A stretch of DNA of 64,000 nucleotides from Octopus vulgaris (Eukaryota). Shown here piece by piece: positions 53,326-64,000 of the stretch. The notes beneath the pieces are model-generated. The model worked only from the letters and a program-made list of their open reading frames with translations. It had not been told where the DNA came from and did not search any database. Position 1 is the stretch's first letter, and each line of letters starts with the position of its first letter. The DNA is taken from the NCBI GenBank assembly GCA_951406725.2, contig OX597816.1:130138001-130202000 (forward strand), given 5' to 3'. The position numbers and the translations under genes are program-made.

Positions 53326-55496
53326 TGTGTGTGTATGTGTGCATGTATGTATATAATTAGAGTTAGTATTGAATATGTATAGATTTTCTATTATAAAAGA
53401 AATCATTTTGGAAGTTATTTGCTGTCAGTATATCATCATAGGGTTTTAAGTTAAAATTAACATAATTTTGAAAATCTTTAAAAACTATTTCAATGAATAA
53501 AAATATGCCTTGCTTGGAAGGAGGAAACAAATATCTTACTGAGGTATGAAATTTATTAGATTTCAAAAATATATTTCTGAGAGTTTACAGGAAAGTTTTA
53601 TAGTAAAAAAGTTATGTAATGAATATAATGAAGTGTGAAGGAAATGGTTTTGATCAGGGATTGAAGTTTTGCTATTACCTTCTGACCTTAAAAGGCTAAA
53701 TCTATTCTTTTAAAGTTGAGTTTTTCCTATTTTTCTGATTCTTTGGTGAACTTCTTAAATATGTCTGCAAGTCAACATGTGTAAAGCAATAATGATTTGG
53801 TATGCAGTGGTCATTGTGGAGACTGCAATGCTGCACTATTAAATTGTGGATTATAAAGAAGCAGTCCTTTTTTTTCCCCCCTGTGAACCTCTTAAATGTG
53901 GCTGTTTGTCATTCAAGATACAAACATCCCGATGTTTTGATTATCTAAAACTACATTATTACAATATGTACTTTCTATTTTAAGGGCATAGGACTTGATT
54001 TAATAGATATTTGACAGTTATTTCCATTACCAACTGACTAATGTGGGGGAACCTATTATTAGTTCATAGACCCTATAACTGCTATTCAGTTTAAGGGTTT
54101 GACAAACTATCCCTACTGTCAAAATATACTGTTGCTACAAAATTTACACAAAAAAGAAAAATTAGTATCAAATGCTAGAGAAAGATAAAAAAATATATAT
54201 ATTTTTAATTTTTTTCTCATAAAAGTTTAATAAACATATACTCTACTAAAAGTATTGAATAATCCTTCAGTCTAACGTTAGATCATGTTTATATATAATT
54301 TGATATAAAAAACAAATATATATATATATATGTAATAAAGGAAGGCTTTGTTTGCATGACGGTTTAGTTGAATAGCAGTTTATACTTAATAAAACTAAGA
54401 GGTTGATAGGAGGAAAATGTTTGCTACAGGTATTGCACCCTACATTATTCAAGATTAATAAAATTTCCGAAGTGACCAATGTTGAATAATGCCACTACAT
54501 GCCAATTATAGTTGTTATACATGCCTTGATTGACATACATATTTAAGGGCTTCAGTAGAGTAAGAAAAGAAAAAGATTTCTCCAATGCAAAATTTTGTTT
54601 CCAACTTTTCATTAAAAAATAATTTAAATCTTATTAAAATTTATAAATTAAAAGGATTTCAATATCTAATAATAACTTGCACAAAAACCAGTATATTTTA
54701 TACATGAAACAAAACGTTCAGTGCTGATATTTATAATAAAACAAAATAAACTTGAAAGTCCTGTTTTAATTAAATAAAAAGAAAAAAAACAACAACAAAA
54801 AAACTCATCTTAATAGATTAGTATTTATAATATAAATTAAGTGATAAATGTAGAAATAAAGATACAATTTAATGAATACATCTCATTACTAATGAAGAGA
54901 AATATAGGATTTTTTCCCCACTGATGTTCATGAAGTTTTTAACTGATTAACTTAGCTTTGCAAAATATTTTATGGAAATGATATTAAATACATTATTGTA
55001 CACATCCACATGATCTGTACAAAGGTGTGTGTGTGTGTACATGTACGAGACCAAAGTTTCTTTCGATTAGTTTTTCACTTTGTTACTTTTCATACAATTT
55101 CTATAGGAGTAAACATAAACAAATTTGCTATGAGAGTAAATTAGCTTTATTATTTTACAAATACAATAACTGGCTAATTATTGATTAATAAAAAGTAATG
55201 TAAATACATAGGATCAAAAGAAAATTAAATAGTTTGTTATGAAGAATAAAGGAATGTTTGAGAAAACTGTTAGATGTCACTAATGTAATATATGAATGCT
55301 TCCTCATGGAAGTTATACCTTACATGATACTACAAGTAAGAACAGGTGATCCATTAACTCATTTATCCACATGCTTGAAAATGAACTTATGGCATGGAAT
55401 GATTTGCATGTAACTTGAAGAAAAACTTCTATATGATCACTCAAAGAGTAACGAAGAGTGGTCAAATTGCTCTAAATCCCAAACCTACTGTCTTAA

Positions 55497-55716
55497 CCCT
55501 TTAGTATTTAAACCGGCCATATCCGGCCAAAAGTATTCTACCTGTTTTATGTTCAAACTGGCCAGATCCAGGCTCTCACACCTACCCTACAATGTTATTC
55601 TACATTAAGTAATTACACCATCAAGATCTTGAAGATATGAGATAATGCATGATTAATTCGAATCAATGGGAATCAATAGGCATTATGTTTGATAGAATAA
55701 TCTGAACACTAAAGGG
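55497..55716. mobile_element. piggyBac-type MITE
   Basis: TTAA|ccctttagt ... actaaaggg|TTAA; same family as 13000-13198 in opposite orientation. Confidence 0.85.
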
Positions 55717-58700
55717 TTAAAATGGAAAGATGCATTGGAAAATGTCCCTAGTTACATTATGTAAGAAAAAAGGAAAAAAAACAAACAAAACTAAATGTTC
55801 ATGGATTGAGCACCTTTGATCATAGGTCTGCTGGATCAAAGCTGACCTGAGGTTAAACAACAGCAACTAGCATAACACTGTCTTAACTATGAAAATACTA
55901 GAATAGTAAACTTAACAACAAAAAACAATAAAAGTTGAACTGTTAATTACAGCAGAAACTATGTTCTATTTGAATCTGCTCCATATACTTCAATTGCTCT
56001 ATTAACATTAGTTATAATTTTAAATATCCTTCACTGCTTTGAGCAGCCTCATGATTTGACTTCAGCATAGATTTTTTTGTACTTTCTAATCCCATTTTAA
56101 TGAGCCAATTACACTTCCACCTGACTGCAACAACTAGGTAGCAATAATTACAAAGAAAGAAAAAAAAGAAGCTTTTTTTTTATGGAATTGGAATTACTTC
56201 ACAAATAATTCTGAAACTTTAATCAGTAAGCACTAACTTATTCTTGTACACAAACACACAATATCAAAATAAACTTTGGTCTTGCAGTCAATATATATTA
56301 TATAATATTCACGTAATGTAAAATGTGAATGTGTGAGCATATGTGTTTGAGAGAATGCTTTGTTTTCAAATAGCTTACGTCAATATAACTAATACACCTG
56401 TTACCTATGAGAAGATTAAACAGAAGGTGAAAGTTACCATCACCAAATATTAAAATGAACCATTAAACAACAAGATGTGAATAACTGCAGAAAAATAGAC
56501 ATCTCTATATTACCAGAAGTTAAAACATCAGTATTGTTTGTAACTTACGGGAGTCAGAAATTACTTTGAGAAAAGTAAGCATTAGTTAAATTACTTGGTC
56601 TCTATAAAAAACTTTATCAACTTGAAAAATGGCAAAATTAGAAAACATCAACAGTAAGAATTAAACTTATCAATCAGAAGCAACAGATTTGTTTTTTAAT
56701 ATTAACTTTTTATTTCTATTTTAGAGTCACAATGAATGATTAAACAACACTGCTTAAATAATTTGTGAAGTTGCCATTTACTATATTTCTAAACTCTAGA
56801 AGGCAGGCTTCTAAATTTATTTCAATTTAAAAATCTAACATCAAATGATGTTAGAGCTACTAAGATTACATAAATTATTAGATCTAATGAATACAATTAA
56901 CTCTGCCATATATCAGCATTAGTTAAAATGTCCACCTTTCTATACTAAAAAATTTTTTTGTGATGGAACATTAAGAACATAACCAAAAAGAATTTGAATT
57001 GCTGTAAGGAGTAGTAGAGTATGAAGTAAATTAACTCATATCTTGAGGGTAGCAGTGAAATTTTCCACACTCCTTAATTGCTTTATTCATTTTTATAAAT
57101 ATGAAAGTGGAATCTACCTATTAAAAACAAAGATTGAAAAAATTTACTAACTAGATTCAGCAGTGCATTACTGCTATATTCTCAAAACTGTTCATTCTAA
57201 ACATTGACATATCTCTAATGTTCAAATTGGAATTATACTGATTAAAATAATTTTTCTACCAACCAAAGACAGATTAAAGAAATTTATGGTACTTTATTTC
57301 TTTTACATTTTTCTTGAAATATTTAAAAAAAAAAGGTACTTCTGGTAATATAGACACATACTGCAAATATAAGAATGTGAAGTTAGGAAGGAATCAGTTG
57401 AGAAAAAAAAGCTATTTTCCCAAATTACTCAGATATTAATTACTGAGCAAAAGCCATCAATGTAAGGGGGGAAAAAGGAAAAAAAAAAAATACAAGAAAT
57501 CATGCTCAGAATGTTTTTTTTTAATAACTTGTTTTAAGGTGCACAACCTTATATTCACAAATCTGCATTTTTCTTGATTTTTTTTTATAAACATTAAAAT
57601 AACTAACCAAGTTCCTACCTCCAAATCATCCTGCAGAATACACAAAAGATGTCAAACATAAAATCAGTTAAGTCAATAAGAAATAGGTCAAATAAAGCCA
57701 CTTTATATTTAAAAAAAAAAAAATGAAATGATACAATTTAATGTGAAACCCACCCCCTTACTTCTAAAAGAAAAAAAAACAAACCCAATTTGTTTGAAGT
57801 TCTGTATAAAAAAATTCATTGTCAGTCCAGCTGTATGTGCTTTTAAAGAGTATAACATAAAAAAAGGGGGGAGCCAAAAAATTTAAGCAACTTACAAACA
57901 CACCGAAAATAAAAATTAGAAAAACCTGTTTATATCTTACAATGTGAAATGATAAACAAATTGATAGATCTGCATAAAGCAAATTGTATAATGGTAAGGA
58001 ATGATATTCGAGTTGTTTGTGATAAGCAATATCCATAGCTAACTTGAGATTTCAGTTTGTTGGATCAAACAGAAGAAATTAATTGTGAATGATAATGTCG
58101 ATACAGGTGAGTTCCTACCAATTTAAACAGCAGTTAGTAGTTATGGATTTGCTTATGTATAAAATGTAATTATAAATTTGTGCTAAAGTTGCAGTTACTG
58201 CTAAACATTTGTATATCAAAAGTTTAAATCAATATTCAAAACTTTTAATTTTGTTTTTTATAATAGTCATACATAGGGAAAACTTTATTTAAAAAAAATG
58301 TAATATTAACAGGCTTTCTAATAAATATTTCAATTGTAACCAATGCAAAGACATGCTGTTAGATATAGTCAAACAAAAAAACAGTGATGCACACACACAC
58401 ACACAGAATTAAGATTACAAATAAGAGAAATTTAGGCAAGCTTAAAAAGAGGGTTAGTATTTCAACAAATAAATTTGAAGGTAATAAACTAATGAAGCTC
58501 AATGTAGGTATATTAAACCTCCACAGAATAACTTTAGAATGACATACATGAGCAATTCCACAATAAACTAGAGATGAGAATAAGTTATAATTGTCAGTCT
58601 ATAGATGTAAATGTCCAACATGGATAATATAATCAATGCTTATTAAAATGCATATTCAAGCATCTTAAAAGTAAATCTATATGGTATTTTGAATCAGCAC

Positions 58701-59685
58701 TGCTGGTCCTTAAACAGTGATTTTGTCATACTATTCATCTTTTAAAATGTAACATACATGTTTGATACCATTTAGTATAAATTTAATTCCCAGTTCATGT
58801 TTGTCATTGAATTCTGTCTATTATAATTTCATAAAGATAGCAACTGAAATCATCATGTCAGAAATTGACCTTTACTATATGGGTACATGTAGAAATGGTT
58901 AAGCCAAAATAAACTGTAATGTATTTGGTACTTCATTCTATTTATAACATTTTAAGCAAGAGTATTGAGGCCTCTGTATGTGATGTTGATGTGGACATTT
59001 TGTATTGTAAGCAACCACATATTTTGGTAAATGTTGATCATCTCTTGAATTTGCTCAGTAACTATTTTTTTCCTGTACAGAAAAGGTTTTGTACTTCTGT
59101 ATTTATTTTTTAGATTTTCTACTTGAACATTATTAGTATATTAATTAGAAGCAACAGGTTAATAACAGTAAACAGAAAAGTATTATAAAATCAAGAAATG
59201 AAACACTACAGCAAATGGACTATAACAAATTACATTATAAAACAGGTACACACATTTTAAATAAAAAATTCTGTCAAAAAAGAAACACCATTTCTTTTAT
59301 CCCCCTATTGTTAGGAATAGGGTGATAAATGAATGGTAAGTCATTTATTTTAAGTCCCTGCTGACACAAATTTAAGGCCCAATTCTCAGGTCTGAAAATC
59401 TTTAAACATAGTACATCACTGGAAGTTCAATACTGTTGTGCAAACAAACTAATTTTGAATATTTTGTATTTCTATTAACATAAATGAGCAAACTATATCT
59501 GCTGTTATGCCAAATATATTTGCTGTAACATCCATATATATATATATATATGTATCATGTATATATAAGGAGAGAGCATTCCCCCCCTAAAACAAAGTAT
59601 AGGGTATCAAATAAATGGACATATTTAAGACTTACCTCAAAACTATGGGGGAGGGGGAGTGTTTAAGTATATTAACAGCACTTAC

Positions 59686-59762
59686 CTTTCTAAAATGAAG
59701 CAGTGTGTCTGGACTCTTTTCACACATTTCTGTGATTAGGCAGACAGCTGTCAATAACACAC
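59686..59762 (-). CDS. AP1G1: AP-1 gamma adaptin exon (first one in window)
   Basis: tttcag|..|gtaagt; (G)VLLTAVCLITEMCEKSPDTLLHFRK matches gamma-1 adaptin [26 protein letters not shown]. Confidence 0.95.
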
Positions 59763-61229
59763 CTGAAATTGTACAAATAGTTTTATTCCCAGTAAAAATA
59801 TATGAACAATTGAAATCTTATAATCATTGAATAAACTTGCCAGTAAACTTCTACAATGACCATCTTTGTCACGATGCATGAAAAAGGTAAGCATTTTAAA
59901 TGAAATTTTCAATAATAGTAGATCTTAAAAGAAAATAACATTTAAAAAGAAAGAACAAATTGAATAGTTTTATCTTTTGGCATTCTTGTTGGCAAAGTTA
60001 GAACAGCTTAGGGTCCAACTTTGAGTCCTATCAATTTAATAAATATTTTTTTTAATAAATACTTTTTGTCATAGTGTCTTTCTATATGAGAGGTTCATAT
60101 ATCAGAGTAGTTGCTATTATGAGATAAAGGATATATACACAAAATGAAGAAGAGCCTTAAGTCATTAACAATAATGTCATTGTTGCTAGTGGTCAGCCCA
60201 AAGTGATGTACCCAAGGAAGATGTTTGATTGTAAAACACCAGCTATCAAAAGCTGGTATATCATAAGAAATGACTAAACACAATTGCAAAAGTCACTTGT
60301 GTGATCTTTCATAAACAGATAATGAAATTAGCCCAATTAATTTTGGGTAAAGAAATGGATTTAGAAATGTTTATGTCTTTCCTAAGAATATTCATAAATG
60401 AAATGAAATAACCACAGCTAGGAATAAAAACTACGTTTGCAACTGCTGTCTGTTTATTCTACATCAAAAGCCAGATATACTCAACAATATTGAGAATTTC
60501 AGCAGACATGTGTATTGGTAACATTTAAAGAAGACATTTATGAACAAGAGACTTCTACTTTAGATTTTCAATTAATATAAATTTTTTTAATAACATTATA
60601 CAAGGATGAATTATATAGTATTAAGTTAAGTAACATTATAGTTCAATAGATTCAATAAGTTGTAGTTGCAAAATGATTAGTGTTGAGTTTGGATTATCTA
60701 TGCAAACCTTATATGGTGGCCCTTAGAAGTACAAACTTCTGCAATGTGAGGTGTTCTGGATTGCAGAGTAGAGTGTCAGTATGAATGAGGACATCATCAG
60801 TGAAAAGTGCATACATAATAATCAGGCTTACCCTCACTGACACTGAGGAGGAGACATTGAAATACCACTAAGAAAGATTGTTGAATGAAGAGAATGCATG
60901 GGAAAGAAAAGGACTACCCACCAGCAAACCCAACAGAGTTGCCAGTTACTGGAATTGACAAAAATATAGTTAAGCTGGACATTATGAATATAAAGGAAGG
61001 GAAGGCTGCTGGAAATATCTGATAAAATGTGACAGTTGCAAGTCAATTAGTCAGTCTGGTAATACAGGATGGGGTCATCTGCAATAACTGGTGTAACAGT
61101 ATGATCCAGAAAGAAGCAATTATAGGGGTATCAAACTGATAGATTAAGTGAGTGAAAGTAACAAAACAAGTGGTAGTACAACTAATTATGAAGAAACTTA
61201 AGGGATGAGGTGTAGTTCCAATCTCTGTT

Positions 61230-61830
61230 AACAGGTTATCACTGATGCCCTTTTCCTAATGACACAATTAGGGTCTTATGAAAGCATAGTAGCCAGAGTA
61301 AGAATGAGGTGGAAAAGTTTAGGGCCCCTGTTATCTCAAATGGCAACAAATACATTCTCTCCCACAATGAAGGGTAGATTGTAGGATACTTATATATAAT
61401 GTGATGTTACACACTAGCAAAACATGTGTACTGAATGCAGTGGAGTGTGAATGTTGGAAATAAATAAGGTGAGCATGCTCTGTTCAATGTATAATGTTAG
61501 TGTGGATGAAGAACACAAATGAGCTGAGAGAAAATTCTTGAATGAAAGGAATTAGATGTAGTGTGCTGAAGAAAATACTGAGCTGATACAGATGTGTGAT
61601 ATATATGAAGAAATACATCTGTGAAAAGAAGTGCCTATCAATCCAAGAGGAAGGAACTTGTAGCAGAAGACCAATGAAGACATTAGATGTAGAGGTGAAA
61701 ATTGATTTCATGAAGCTAAATCTCTTGAAGAAGATGACAAAAGACTGCAACAAACAATGTAATGCTATGCTGGAGAAGCCCACTCAACTAATGTAAGCTT
61801 TGGGGAAAAAAATGTAAAAAGATGATGATA
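61230..61830 (+). mobile_element. degraded RTE LINE 3' end
   Basis: Homologous to 2780-3250 (gagctgagagaaaa..aaggaattagatgtagtgtg, ggaacttgtagcagaagacc) and ends in gatgatgat. Confidence 0.65.
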
Positions 61831-61955
61831 ATTGGTATAAGGGAGAATATTTATTTTAGAACAATTTGATTAAGACATCTAGAATATCTGACTTTGCAGA
61901 ACCAGCTAACTTATATGTTAGTAGCAAAACATTTTGGGAGAGAGTGATGGACAGA

Positions 61956-62275
61956 TCATCATCATCATCATCATCGTTTAACATCCGCTTTCCATGCTAG
62001 CATGGGTTGGACGGTTCAACTGGGGTCTGGCAAGCCCGAAGGCTGCACCAGGCCAGTCAGATCTGGCAGTGTTTCTACAGCTGGATGCCCTTCCTAACAC
62101 CAACCACTCCGAGAGTGTAGTGGGTGATTTTATGTGCCACCGACACAGGTGCCAGACAAGGCTGGCAGACGGCCACGCTCGGATGGTGTTTTTTATGTGC
62201 CACCGACACAGGTGCCAGACGAGGCTGGCAGACGGCCACGCTCGGATGGTGTTTTTTATGTGCCACCGACACAGG
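61956..62275 (-). mobile_element. RTE-tailed SINE-like repeat with about 61-bp tandem units
   Basis: (cat)n at 61956, reverse complement of the family core, duplicated unit 62130-62275. Confidence 0.85.
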
Positions 62276-64000
62276 AATAATTGTTAAGCCCCAGGTCTGT
62301 CTTGATTGAGAAAACCTTTGATGAAACATGTACTAGCTGTAAGCACTCCTTTTTTATATATATATCTGTGGCTACATTATCTACAATATCCTTTGAGGAA
62401 GAATTGGAAACTATTCTTGGTAGGTCATGCAACCATTTGGAGCTCTCTTGTTGTTTTGACTTATTCTAGTTTTAATGAAGTAATGAAACAAAACTAACTT
62501 TTTGGACCTCCAAAATTAAAACATAAGTTTCAGTACATTTTTGAATAATTAGTTTTAATGTTCTAACATATGAGATAACTTACAGTACCAGAATGATATA
62601 ACTGGTTTAATATAGTTAAAACACTACAAAAATTACACTACTGAATTTATTGTAACTGTAAGCAGTGATAGGTGACTACATTTATATATTAATTGCATCA
62701 GCCTTATTCTAATAGTTATTTTTCATGCTTCTATAGGTTAAGCATACAGATTTATTTTAAGAAGAAAAAGGGAGGATCATCAACAGCTTGATTTCAATCA
62801 TCATAATACCAGGATTTTTTTTTATGAAACTAAATGATTTCATTATATTAAATGGATTATCCTGCATGAAGCATTCTCTTTGGATTTAATTCTCATCTAC
62901 ATCTTTTGTTGCATTTAGAAATTTTTTTATGTCAAAGCTCTTAAGCTATTGAGCTAGTTTTTTCTTTAGCACTAATCATCTACTTTATCTTCTCTTAGCT
63001 ACTTACAGATGTATTTTTAACTTTGGGATCAATCAGTAGCTATTTCTAATTTACTTGTAATACTGTATTCAGAAAAAATTGTATTTAGTTTACCATCGCT
63101 AAACCTATTTATATTATTTGGGGGTATATTTTCTTCCTTATTTCTTATATACCATTCTAATTTAATCTCCCTTTTCCATTTATTCTATCTTTTGAAATTT
63201 AGTTACTTATCCACAGAATCATTTCTCTGTTTTTGCTCATCTAAGTGAAGTAATTCCACAGTAAACGATAGGGTAATTAATCATGCACTCTATGTTGAAT
63301 ACTTGATATCTGCAATATCACTGAACAGCACACTTAAACCAGTCAGAAGTATACTATGTACACTACATGCCAAAAATAAATCCCTTATTTATAAATTGTA
63401 ATTAAATTGGTTCTTTCACTCAAATTAATCAGAGATTTTCAGGACCCAGTAAAAGCTTCAAAATTGTGAAATTATATACTCGGAATAAATTTTTCAGAAT
63501 AAATGATATATAAAACTATAAATATTAATTCAAAAGGAAATGAGTTGTGTTATTTATTCTTGTTGCTTAAAACATGCTATACTTTTAAAATAGGTAATAT
63601 TTCCAAAGGTGAACTGTTACACACATACAAAAATATATGAATCTAAACACTCATGTTCATTAATTACATTGTTAGACTGAAGTCAATTAGAATTATTACC
63701 ATTACATTATCTGAAAATTGTGTTGCTAGAGTCAAGTCTTCCTTCTACTGGGCTCATGAAATAAATACCATTACTATAAAAAATAATTTCAATTGACTAT
63801 ACAATCATTCCCAAAATGGGCTTTACACCTAGTCAAATAAAAATGAATATAAGTTATGGATACTGATAATTTGCACTGCAACATAAATTTGAGTTCTCAT
63901 TTGAAACTTTTAAAAGGGAATGTTTGCAGAAGGGCATATATACCATGATTTTCCCAGTTTCCTCCTCATAATCAGGAAACATTGATGTATATTAGAAATA

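Noticed and set aside
58517-58600. ctctag|20 nt|gtatgt exon-like unit and other short AG..GT pairs (about 48790, 49692, 53678)
   Set aside because: Frameshifting or weak tracts; such matches are expected by chance in AT-rich introns.
62130-62275. Repeat-spacer-like tandem units (also 50600-50730)
   Set aside because: Internal tandem repeats of a SINE-like family in eukaryotic DNA; no unique spacers or cas genes, so not CRISPR.
63943-64000. Minus-strand GAAAATCATG|gtatat resembling the end of the expected upstream exon (..EKNH G)
   Set aside because: Upstream codons read stop-L-stop-GGNWENH, not LLNEKNH; a coincidence, and the real exon lies beyond the window.

Overview
AT-rich eukaryotic genomic DNA with many microsatellites and SINEs; the repeat families suggest a cephalopod (Octopus-like), which is inference. 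The window holds the 3' three-quarters of an AP-1 adaptor gamma subunit gene (AP1G1 orthologue) on the minus strand. I traced 17 coding exons by hand (59762 down to stop TGA at 16107), all GT-AG and in phase, giving about 631 codons; the N-terminal exons lie beyond 64000. A roughly 2.25 kb 3' UTR probably ends near 13850. The rest is repeats: two mariner relics, piggyBac-type TTAA MITEs, RTE/CR1 LINE fragments and three SINE-like families. Four things stand out. (1) A 20.65 kb intron lies exactly at the HFRK|LVPQ junction where vertebrates carry a neural 9-nt microexon; it contains several in-frame microexon candidates and a dense Rbfox-motif cluster. (2) Hammerhead-ribozyme motifs of the Penelope type occur at three loci, one with an intact core and two as long inverted palindromes. 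(3) A TSD-flanked SINE insertion has captured 70 bp of DNA from 2.3 kb away. (4) A mariner MITE is built from two 5' halves. No prokaryotic systems are present, and none of the candidates can be confirmed without RNA data.
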